This document shows, piece after piece, positions 18,619 to 27,269 of a stretch of 64,000 nt of DNA (positions are counted from its first letter, which is position 1; each line of letters starts with the position of its first letter). The notes under the pieces are model-generated. The model searched no databases. It saw only the letters and a program-made list of their open reading frames with translations, and was not told the DNA's origin. The stretch is from an uncultured Planctomycetales bacterium (GTDB lineage Bacteria; Omnitrophota; Gorgyraeia; Zapsychrales; Fredricksoniimonadaceae), in assembly GCA_964583975.1 (NCBI GenBank), contig CAZOXU010000001.1:99552-163551 (forward strand), read 5' to 3'. Made by a program: the position numbers and the translations under genes.

Positions 18619-20513
18619 CGGATACTCACAGATTTATCTTCGATGGCTCCTGAAGGAAGATATCCCTGCCCTTTCTTAAGATTTGAATTTAATAAAAAGA
18701 CCTTTAAATTTTCTTCTGACGGTTGTGTAAAATATTCATTCAAGACTTGTTGGGCCATCTGTTCAAAACCAAGTTTATCTTGGGCATTCATCGTTTCGAT
18801 CCAACGAATCTGATTTTTCAATTCCAATGGTGCAACTACTGGCTTTAAAGCATATCCTTTTAGATGAAATGGATCATGATAAATCGCATTATCTGGAATA
18901 ACACGTATCACTGGGACCGCCATCATCATGGCTTCTAAAATAGCAATTGATCCACCAGTTGTTACAACAGCATGTGTCAGAGTCAAACTTTCCTGAATCG
19001 GCCGTGGCTGATCAAATTCCCAATGCGAAAGATTCAGCGTTTCAAGGAATCGTAAAATTCGATCCTTTGATAGTAACGGATGCATTCTAACAACCACTTT
19101 ATACTCGTTGCTATCTTGCAAAGCTGCTTTTAACTTTGTAAATAATTCAAAAGCCAAATCATAGCCAAATGTCAATGGTAGCAAAAGCATTTTCTTAGCA
19201 TCAGAAACCCCACTAGATCGGCGTATTGTCTTATAAACTGCCGCAAAACGCAAGTTGGATCCCATGACTATGCGCTCTTGAGGAAATCTTGCTTCGATAT
19301 GTAATTGTCTGTATTTAGGACCAGAACATATAATCTGATCTGGCAAAGGATGATCTTTCCACTCTCCATCTGCGAGATGATAGGTCAGTTGATTGCCGAA
19401 AAATGTTGTGTGTTGGAATCCTATGATTTTAGAATCTGGATAATATTGGCGGCACGCCAAGATAAAAGGATTCTCAGAAGCATTACATTCAAATGGATAG
19501 TAGAAAGCATCGACTTCGAATCCTCTTTCACTTAATCGTTTCAGGGTGGGTACACACAAATTAAGAATGGATAGGTGAACGTTGAATCCTGCCTTCTTTA
19601 ACACCTCATTAAAAATAGGACTCACATCCAGACCTGCGATTTGGACATTAGTGATAACACGATTAAATCCCTGATAACTGCTCTTAAGTACTCCCAAATA
19701 ATCTGAAAGTTTCAGATATTGTTCAGGCATCACTAATTTCAGATTTTGCGCTTTTAATTTCTGGATGATAACGCTTAAGGGTGATTTTAGATTAAAAAAT
19801 GTCGGAAGAAGCAAAACTTCATACTGTTTGTCCTCTAACCAGGAAGCAAGCTCTCCAAAATTTCGATCATTGTATTTCCCAGAAGCACTAAATGTATCTT
19901 CAGTTATCCAGCTTCGAAGAACCACTCTCTTAGATGCCTCGGTCTTACTTTTCAAGGACATTTCTAGATTATTTGACACAGCCAGTTTATTGCGAAGATT
20001 AATCCGAATAAAATTAAGAATTTGAGCAAGGTAATAAAACTGATGCTGGATTGGCTCAAGCAGTCTTTTGAATAGACTTGTTCGCCATTTGATATCTAGA
20101 TTTAAAGAATGACCATATTCCACAATACACTTAGACAAAACCATGCTATCGGTAATGAAAACAATGTCGCTTTGGGATTGCGCGATAATTTTCTTGGCAC
20201 AGATCAAATAAAGAATATTCTGGGTCAAAGGCGTAGCGGTCGTGCTTTTGGTAGAAACTTGATTGGCCCACCACTCCAACGAATGATTGGCCGTATTAAC
20301 TCGATGATACAACTTAAGTAGATCTTCTTTATACTCTTGGAAGGTTGTATCTAACATTTCCCCCAGAGTTCGAATTTCTCCTGGTATCTGGGATTTTAAT
20401 TGAACCAATCTTTCCCAATCATTAGATAAATACCAGCACGTAACGTCCTTACCCATAAATTTAGGGAGAAGTCCTGATAAATTAAGATGATCTATTACGG
20501 TAATTCTCTTCAT
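18615..20513 (-). CDS. Large conserved hypothetical protein, possibly a GT-B-like or capsule-type transferase
   Basis: 632 aa with no sharp motif. The C-terminal 'HAVVTTGGSIAILEAMMMAVPVI' resembles a GT-B C-domain. Confidence 0.4.
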   Translation of the reverse strand: MKRITVIDHLNLSGLLPKFMGKDVTCWYLSNDWERLVQLKSQIPGEIRTLGEMLDTTFQEYKEDLLKLYHRVNTANHSLEWWANQVSTKSTTATPLTQNILYLICAKKIIAQSQSDIVFITDSMVLSKCIVEYGHSLNLDIKWRTSLFKRLLEPIQHQFYYLAQILNFIRINLRNKLAVSNNLEMSLKSKTEASKRVVLRSWITEDTFSASGKYNDRNFGELASWLEDKQYEVLLLPTFFNLKSPLSVIIQKLKAQNLKLVMPEQYLKLSDYLGVLKSSYQGFNRVITNVQIAGLDVSPIFNEVLKKAGFNVHLSILNLCVPTLKRLSERGFEVDAFYYPFECNASENPFILACRQYYPDSKIIGFQHTTFFGNQLTYHLADGEWKDHPLPDQIICSGPKYRQLHIEARFPQERIVMGSNLRFAAVYKTIRRSSGVSDAKKMLLLPLTFGYDLAFELFTKLKAALQDSNEYKVVVRMHPLLSKDRILRFLETLNLSHWEFDQPRPIQESLTLTHAVVTTGGSIAILEAMMMAVPVIRVIPDNAIYHDPFHLKGYALKPVVAPLELKNQIRWIETMNAQDKLGFEQMAQQVLNEYFTQPSEENLKVFLLNSNLKKGQGYLPSGAIEDKSVSIR

Positions 20514-20517
20514 AGAT

Positions 20518-22326
20518 TTAAGTTACCTTGGCCATCTTACGAAACTGCTGATTATTCTCTAAAAGTTGCTGATAGGTCCCTTGCTCAACAATCTTTCCTT
20601 TTTCTAAAAGGTAAATCACATCACATTCCTTGACCGTACTTAGTCGATGCGCAATGATCACAATAGTCTTCTTATGGGCTAAACGATTAATGGCCTCTAA
20701 AATAACGTCTTCCGTAATTCCATCCAAGGCGCTTGTGGCTTCATCAAATACAATGACCGAAGGATTTCGGTATAAGGCCCGTGCAATACCAATACGCTGT
20801 CTTTGTCCTCCACTTAAACGCACACCTCGCTCACCTACTTCCGTCGCATAACCGTTAGGCAATTCCTTTTCAATAAAATCATGGATATTAGCCATCTTAG
20901 CCGCTGCCTGTACAGCCTGCGCATCGATCTGATCATCAGGAATACCAAAGGCAATATTGCGCGTAACAGTATCATCACAAATATAAATATGTTGGGGAAC
21001 ATAACCTATATTTCGTTGCCACATCGGCAAATTATCTTCCGATATTCTTACGCCATCGACACGAATTTCACCGGCCTGAGGCGATAAAAGACCTAATAAA
21101 ATATCAATCACTGTTGTCTTTCCAGCCCCTGTACCGCCTACAAACCCAACAGTTGTGTTGTGCTTAATAACTAAATTAAAATTCTCAATCACATTGGTTT
21201 GAGCTTTAGGATATTTGAAATTGATACCGCGAAATTCAAACTCCTGATTAAAAGGCATTGTCTGATCAGGCCCTGTGGATTTTTCTTTCCTATAATCTTT
21301 GTAGTTAATCATATCCTCATACAAAGAATCTAAGGCAGATTGGCCAAAACGTATCGAACTAATCGATTGAAAAATTTGCTGTAAAGCCGGGATTAATCGA
21401 TAGGCAGCTAAGGTATATAAACCAATCATGGGCACGGCTTCTTGATAGTTTTTACTGATAACCACACAATAAACCGTGACCAATAAAAGCCCTCCAAAGG
21501 TCAACGATTCAAAAATGTAGCGTGGGGTCGTTGTAATTAAGGCTTGCGCCACATAACCATCGACTGTTTTAATCGCTGGCTGATAAAATCGGTCAATAAA
21601 GATATTCTCTTTACCTAAAAGCTTAATATCTTTAACGCCACCAAAAGCCTCATTAATGACTCTAAACATGGTTGCTGTATGCGCCCTATTGGTAGCCCCT
21701 ATGGAAGCTAGCTTATTTCTAAAACAAAAATAAATAAGCCCATATCCTCCACCCATCACAGTCAATACAATGCCCGTTACTACAGGATTGACAACTACTA
21801 ATAAAATAATGACCGTTGCAACAAACACAGTCTTGGCAAACATTTCAAGCGAAGGAATCAGGACATAACCAACCACTCTTCCTACCTCAGCCATTAAATG
21901 ATGGGTCAATCCCGCGCTGTTGCGGTTAAGAAAGAATGCATACGGTTCATAAAGGTATTGGGTCAATAATCGAGAAGCTATTGTTCCCTGCTGCGTCCAT
22001 GTCATACGTGTTAACACAGCCGTAGTCAGAGTGCGAAAAATATTGCTGGATATAAAAATAGCAAACATGGTGATGGCCAAGGCCACAATAAAGTCCGTGG
22101 CGTTTTGAAAACTAAAGAATTGATAACACCAGCGTAATTTATCATTAGTTTCAATAATGCTTGGAGTAGCCACCACTTTCAAAAAAGGAAAAATAGAGGC
22201 TACTCCCAACATATCTAAAAAGGCCACAAAGACCATCGCCACCGCCAGCCAGTAGAGCTTACGACGATCTTTTGGCATGATGATTCGATGTAACTTATGA
22301 TAAACATCAAAGCGGTGGATTTTCAA
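20518..22326 (-). CDS. ABC transporter, fused permease/ATPase type I exporter (MsbA/PglK-like)
   Basis: Six-TM N-domain, Walker A 'GGTGAGKTT', signature 'LSGGQRQRIGIARAL', Walker B 'IVFDEATSALD'. Confidence 0.85.
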   Translation of the reverse strand: MKIHRFDVYHKLHRIIMPKDRRKLYWLAVAMVFVAFLDMLGVASIFPFLKVVATPSIIETNDKLRWCYQFFSFQNATDFIVALAITMFAIFISSNIFRTLTTAVLTRMTWTQQGTIASRLLTQYLYEPYAFFLNRNSAGLTHHLMAEVGRVVGYVLIPSLEMFAKTVFVATVIILLVVVNPVVTGIVLTVMGGGYGLIYFCFRNKLASIGATNRAHTATMFRVINEAFGGVKDIKLLGKENIFIDRFYQPAIKTVDGYVAQALITTTPRYIFESLTFGGLLLVTVYCVVISKNYQEAVPMIGLYTLAAYRLIPALQQIFQSISSIRFGQSALDSLYEDMINYKDYRKEKSTGPDQTMPFNQEFEFRGINFKYPKAQTNVIENFNLVIKHNTTVGFVGGTGAGKTTVIDILLGLLSPQAGEIRVDGVRISEDNLPMWQRNIGYVPQHIYICDDTVTRNIAFGIPDDQIDAQAVQAAAKMANIHDFIEKELPNGYATEVGERGVRLSGGQRQRIGIARALYRNPSVIVFDEATSALDGITEDVILEAINRLAHKKTIVIIAHRLSTVKECDVIYLLEKGKIVEQGTYQQLLENNQQFRKMAKVT

Positions 22327-22335
22327 TTCTTCCCC

Positions 22336-23172
22336 TTATTTCTTATCAGATGCAAGCTGATAAGAATGTATTAAGTTTTCCTTGCGAGCACTATTTAATG
22401 TTCTAAAAGGACTAAACTCAGGATTACCAAGCTTTTTATGGATCTTAGCCAATGCTGAAAAATGAAACGGAAACCAGATCTGAAATTCTGGAACTCCTGA
22501 ATCTGTATGATAGAAATTCTTCACAAAAATAGAAAGTCCAAATCGCGGATATTTATGTCGATTAACCACGGTGCGATGCAAGGTAAAGGTATGCATAAAC
22601 AAACCATCTCCTTCTTCCATCTTCGGGGTCAAATATTGAGCAGACTCAGGAATTTCAAGAGGCTCTCTATTACGGTGCGGAATATGACCCCACTCATGTG
22701 AGCCTGGGATTAATTCAAGCCCTCCCATTCCTTCTTCCATAGATACGGGAAACCAAAAATTGACCGTATGTACACCACAGCCAGACCAATATTCTTGATG
22801 CCATTTCTTAACTAGGAAATCATCTTTGACCTCTGTTACGTTAATTGGGAATCCTGGATATTCAGTGAAGCATAAATCTGGCCCTAAAAGAGTAATGAAC
22901 TTATTTAAAACTTCTTTTTGATTTAAGATCCTCGTTGCAAAATTGTTATACGCAAGATCCCGGTATAAATACTCCTGCACCTCAAACTGACGATCTTTCT
23001 TAATTGCTTCTAAAAATCCTTCGTTGTAGTTAACCTTTTTGCCTAATTTCTTCGATAAGGTCTCTGACATAATTTGCTTAGCTTCATTGAGAAGATTTTT
23101 ATCAATACAATTCCTAACAATTGCGAATCCATCCTTTAGAAAGGATTCTTCAAAATTCTTCAAATCGTCCAT
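22336..23172 (-). CDS. Phytanoyl-CoA dioxygenase (PhyH) family Fe(II)/2-oxoglutarate-dependent oxygenase
   Basis: 'FLKDGFAIVRNCIDK' PhyH-type start, and an HxD...H arrangement ('HEWGH...H'). Confidence 0.65.
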   Translation of the reverse strand: MDDLKNFEESFLKDGFAIVRNCIDKNLLNEAKQIMSETLSKKLGKKVNYNEGFLEAIKKDRQFEVQEYLYRDLAYNNFATRILNQKEVLNKFITLLGPDLCFTEYPGFPINVTEVKDDFLVKKWHQEYWSGCGVHTVNFWFPVSMEEGMGGLELIPGSHEWGHIPHRNREPLEIPESAQYLTPKMEEGDGLFMHTFTLHRTVVNRHKYPRFGLSIFVKNFYHTDSGVPEFQIWFPFHFSALAKIHKKLGNPEFSPFRTLNSARKENLIHSYQLASDKK

Positions 23173-23212
23173 CTTTACCCCCTTCTTTGCTGTTCTACTT
23201 CATGGTTAATAA

Positions 23213-24325
23213 TTATATTAATTTAAAACTTTTCAACTGATACTCTCTGGAAAATCTTTTCTTAATACTGCCATTCGCAGGACCATAAGGAAGAATTAAA
23301 TGGACGGAAGAATCAAGTAGCGCCGGATTGATGACCGGTTTGCCTCTAAATCGTCTCGACTCATTCTTACTCTTCATATTTTCATCTACAAAGAATTCAA
23401 TTCGATTACCTAACACACTCTCTACAAACGCTGCAGTTGTTGTTGTTCCTAAAACACATGTCTTTGGCTGCGAAATTGTAAGCAATTGTCGTTTCACTCG
23501 GTCTAAATATTTCATGGTCCTATAAATGCTTGTATCTTTTTTGATCTGACTGGTCTTATTTGAAGATGTCGCTTGGGCTATGGCAACGATATCTCTAGGG
23601 AAATGCTCATTGGGCAATAAAACCATATCAAAACCAGCCTTATGAAGAACGTTCCTTAAAATAGACGGCGTAAAATAATAATACTGATCAGCCAAAAGGA
23701 TCGAACAAGGATTGTTAGTGACATCCGGCAACTGGATAAAGAGTTTGCCTTCTTTTTTTAACAATCGTCGAACATTCACCAATAGTCCTTGGATGTCCTT
23801 GATATAGATCATCGACAGGGACATACAAATCAAGTCAAACTCACCTTTAATCTTTGAAAGATCGGCTAAATGAAAAACAAAATTCTTTTTCGAAGGAAAA
23901 CATTTTTTTAAATGTCGATTAACATCAAAGCCATGAAATTCAGCTTTAGGAAAACGGCCATTTAACTCTAGTAACAATTCCCCCTTAAAGCATCCAATGT
24001 CTAATACCTTGGTCTCCTTGCTATTACGTAAAAACCCCTTTAGTAGTTCTCCTTGTAAAAAAAATCGTGTTACACGTCGATTAGGTTTCAATAAAAATGT
24101 CTGATTAGTGATCGGCGCCTTAGCATAGTCTAAACTTTCATAAATCTGAGCCTGCTTTTTCTCATCCGCCTCACTCATGATATTAATGAGCAACTGACAA
24201 TCCTTACACCGACCTATCATTCCACTTTTTCTATAATCTACAAAACCTAGATGTCTAAACAAAGTATACGGAAGTTTAATCAATTCTATTTTTGATCCCT
24301 GACAAAACGCGCACCTTTTACTCAA
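23213..24325 (-). CDS. SAM methyltransferase with N-terminal Zn-ribbon (TylCIII/NDP-hexose C-methyltransferase-like architecture)
   Basis: 'CAFCQGS...CKDCQLL' Cys pairs, followed by 'VLDIGCFKGELLLEL'. Confidence 0.6.
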   Translation of the reverse strand: MSKRCAFCQGSKIELIKLPYTLFRHLGFVDYRKSGMIGRCKDCQLLINIMSEADEKKQAQIYESLDYAKAPITNQTFLLKPNRRVTRFFLQGELLKGFLRNSKETKVLDIGCFKGELLLELNGRFPKAEFHGFDVNRHLKKCFPSKKNFVFHLADLSKIKGEFDLICMSLSMIYIKDIQGLLVNVRRLLKKEGKLFIQLPDVTNNPCSILLADQYYYFTPSILRNVLHKAGFDMVLLPNEHFPRDIVAIAQATSSNKTSQIKKDTSIYRTMKYLDRVKRQLLTISQPKTCVLGTTTTAAFVESVLGNRIEFFVDENMKSKNESRRFRGKPVINPALLDSSVHLILPYGPANGSIKKRFSREYQLKSFKLI

Positions 24326-25898
24326 GTTGACTTAAAACCTCCCCTATAGGTAATAAAGCTGCATGTTTTCTTAAGAAACTTCGTCCGATTCTGCTATTGA
24401 CCGTAACTTTTTCATCAGCATAAGCCTTTCCTACTTCAGCCATGGCTGCCTTGAACCTCTCTTGCAAGATTTCATCTTCATCCACATATTTTAAAGTGCC
24501 CTTGCACTTATCTAACATTTCTTCCACCACTGCTTTTATTTCTTCAGCTGAATTTCTTATAACTTCTAATCCCATGGTGTCATAGGTGTACTGTTCGCAA
24601 GCAGCTCCCACAGGTGGACTCACCAATTCTTCAAAGTTTAAATATCTTTTTTCTAGCGAATGCCAACAGAGCCCGGGTAAGAATAAATCCTTCGCTGATA
24701 AACAATAGATAGCATGTGCAGGTAAAAGATTTGTTACAACTGCCGGAACGCCAAAAGCAACTGATACCATAAAATAACCAGAAGAAGTACCAACCACAAA
24801 ACGACATTGTGACGACAAAAAGACATCCATCCAATCACTTTTGAGATTGCTGTGAGCATAATCAATCACATGCGACATTTTCTTTAACGGTTTCATCGAA
24901 GGATCACCCATACGAATCACCCATCCTCCCGCAGACACAATCGATTCAATAGCAGGAATATAGGTATCGATATCCGCATTACGGTAATCTTCTACAAGAG
25001 ATTTTTCATGCCATCCTGCTTCTCGGACATGAAAACATACAAACCATGCAGTCTCAGGAACTCCCAATAATTTTAAATTCTGCCAGCCACGATTAAAGTC
25101 TTCTTGGGTTAACGTCAATAAAGGAGGTCGGTTTTCTTTATCCCATTGCTCCTGCACAATCCCAATGGCCGTATGACTAACAATGACTTCATCGCGCAAT
25201 TTCATAGCGTAATTAAAAGGATAGTCCAAAGCTTTTTCCAAAGGTTCCAAGGTCTCAATAGTTTGCGGATCAGTAATAACGGTGATGTATTTACTCCAAT
25301 AATTGAGGTAGCATCGATTATTGATCTTGGTATTAGGAGGCAAAAGCAAAATCATTTTCTTTAAAGGACGCCAACCAAGGAGTGCTGCCATCACATAGGT
25401 GCTAAGCGTTTCGTAAAGACCAATAGAACCACTTACAAGGATTCGTGGCACAAATTCAACGTTTAAGTTATCTAATTGATGAGATTTCAAAAGATAAAAT
25501 CTTGTTCTTTCAAAATCTTTAAAAACGACTCTATGCTTCTGGTATTCTCCGCTAAAAAAATATAATACCGCAAGACCTACATTAGCAGCTGCCCAAGAAG
25601 ACATATTTTCTAAATCTGGTGTTCTAGCAACTGTCTTTCTTAATATCTCTTCTGCTTTTCTTTGCGCCCTAACCAAGGATTCGCCCTCAACCCTCTGGGT
25701 ACGCAGTTTTCGGTAATCTTTTAATAACTTCACAGAAAGAAAATCGTATGCCTGAGGCCAATTAAGATTCCACTGTACAGCCAAACCTGCAAAAAGATTT
25801 AAAAGGAGCTTGTTTTTCCCATTAGAAATCTTTTGACTGAAAGCTCTCCAACCTCCCTTTTTGATCTGAAAAAATTGACGTTTAAGAAAAACAAACAT
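24318..25898 (-). CDS. Conserved protein of unknown function, paralog of 32520..33776 (TIGR04372-like putative glycosyltransferase)
   Basis: Shares the blocks 'VIDYAHSNLKSDWMDVFLSSQCRFVVGTSSG' and 'GLEVIRNSAEEIKAVVEEM' with 32520..33776. Confidence 0.45.
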   Translation of the reverse strand: MFVFLKRQFFQIKKGGWRAFSQKISNGKNKLLLNLFAGLAVQWNLNWPQAYDFLSVKLLKDYRKLRTQRVEGESLVRAQRKAEEILRKTVARTPDLENMSSWAAANVGLAVLYFFSGEYQKHRVVFKDFERTRFYLLKSHQLDNLNVEFVPRILVSGSIGLYETLSTYVMAALLGWRPLKKMILLLPPNTKINNRCYLNYWSKYITVITDPQTIETLEPLEKALDYPFNYAMKLRDEVIVSHTAIGIVQEQWDKENRPPLLTLTQEDFNRGWQNLKLLGVPETAWFVCFHVREAGWHEKSLVEDYRNADIDTYIPAIESIVSAGGWVIRMGDPSMKPLKKMSHVIDYAHSNLKSDWMDVFLSSQCRFVVGTSSGYFMVSVAFGVPAVVTNLLPAHAIYCLSAKDLFLPGLCWHSLEKRYLNFEELVSPPVGAACEQYTYDTMGLEVIRNSAEEIKAVVEEMLDKCKGTLKYVDEDEILQERFKAAMAEVGKAYADEKVTVNSRIGRSFLRKHAALLPIGEVLSQLE

Positions 25899-25899
25899 G

Positions 25900-27252
25900 T
25901 TATGAACTCACTTTTTGGATTAAAACATCTTTACTAGACGCTCTTGTAGTATCTGTGGACCAGTTAAACTTTGTTAACATTTCTTGAGGAATCATCCGCG
26001 TGGCTCGATCGATCTGAGCCGCAGTAAAATCCTTCTTCCATTCATCGACCCCTCCTGAACGCATACGTGTATTCTTTTTAAATTCAGGTGATTTGGGGTA
26101 AGTAAATTTTGATTCCTCAATGTCATAAAATTTAAGGATCTTTTGAAATAGTTCTTTAGGTTGAGCTACCAATTCTTCTTGAGTAACAAATAATATCTCC
26201 GGTTCAAATGTTGGATCTTTTTGTGCATCCATCCATGATTGAATCCATTTGATCGAGGCAGGTAAATAAAAATGATCAATTTGCCAAGAAATCTGATCTT
26301 CCAGAGACATAAGGAAATACCCATCAGGAATGTGTGATTCTAAAAGGCCTTCGATATTATTAATCGATCTCATATACGTGTTGATATAGTGCACGTAGGA
26401 AATCAACCCTTGGCGAGGATCACGAACATTGACAATCATACGATCTACGCACAAATTAAGAATAGCTAAATTAGAAGGTGCCCCTGAGGTATGATCCACT
26501 GAAAGCATATCTTCAATGGGTGCGGTGCTTAATGCATAATTAGGAAGCGGAACTGTAATGTCTGGATACCACCACCAGGTCGCAGGTGTAACCTGACCAA
26601 TATCTTCAGCTAATTTTAAACCTTCTTTGAGCGATGTCTGGATATAACCTGAAGCTGAACGATGCTGAGAAGCCACAAAAATAGGGCCAACCCCTCCCTG
26701 TGCACGACGCTGGAATATTCTTAACTTGGTGGCTTTATGAAAATAATGATTTGCTTCATTACGGTTTCCTTGGGCCATGAGAACCGCATTGCCTCTAATA
26801 AAATTGGCTTGCACAGAATCTGGAAATATTTCCACCATTTTCTTTGTACACGCCAGATGTTTCTCTACTGATGCCTGATCCAGAATTAAATTTCTATGAT
26901 CATGCATTCTATTACCTTTGCTATCTGTCCTTTTCTCTTGTCCATTATAGCGAACCAACATTTCTAATTTTAAATGAGCCTCTAGCAGATTCGGATCAAG
27001 AGCAATGGCCTTTTCACAGTGCTTAATTGCTTGGGCCAATTGATCCAATTTATAACAAACTTCCGCCATCTCCATCTGCGCCATGGCAGAGCCAGGGTGA
27101 GCTGCTATTTTCTTAGTCAATACGAATTTCTTTAAGCGATAAAGTAACTTTACGCACTTGCGACTCCAAGGAAGGAACTCTTTCCTGATGAATCGGATCA
27201 AGTCAGAAGGCAAATGTTTTAATAACCATAATCGCAAACTACGCTTCTTCAT
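25900..27252 (-). CDS. TPR-repeat / PAPS-dependent sulfotransferase fusion
   Basis: N-terminal TPR-like helices ('AIALDPNLLEAHLKLEM'). C-terminal sulfotransferase motifs: a 3'-PB-like 'VNVRDPRQGLISYVHY' and a terminal 'RMRSGGVDEWKKDFT' (cf. RKGxxGxWKxxFT). Confidence 0.65.
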   Translation of the reverse strand: MKKRSLRLWLLKHLPSDLIRFIRKEFLPWSRKCVKLLYRLKKFVLTKKIAAHPGSAMAQMEMAEVCYKLDQLAQAIKHCEKAIALDPNLLEAHLKLEMLVRYNGQEKRTDSKGNRMHDHRNLILDQASVEKHLACTKKMVEIFPDSVQANFIRGNAVLMAQGNRNEANHYFHKATKLRIFQRRAQGGVGPIFVASQHRSASGYIQTSLKEGLKLAEDIGQVTPATWWWYPDITVPLPNYALSTAPIEDMLSVDHTSGAPSNLAILNLCVDRMIVNVRDPRQGLISYVHYINTYMRSINNIEGLLESHIPDGYFLMSLEDQISWQIDHFYLPASIKWIQSWMDAQKDPTFEPEILFVTQEELVAQPKELFQKILKFYDIEESKFTYPKSPEFKKNTRMRSGGVDEWKKDFTAAQIDRATRMIPQEMLTKFNWSTDTTRASSKDVLIQKVSS

Positions 27253-27269
27253 ACTGTTTAAGACTCTCC

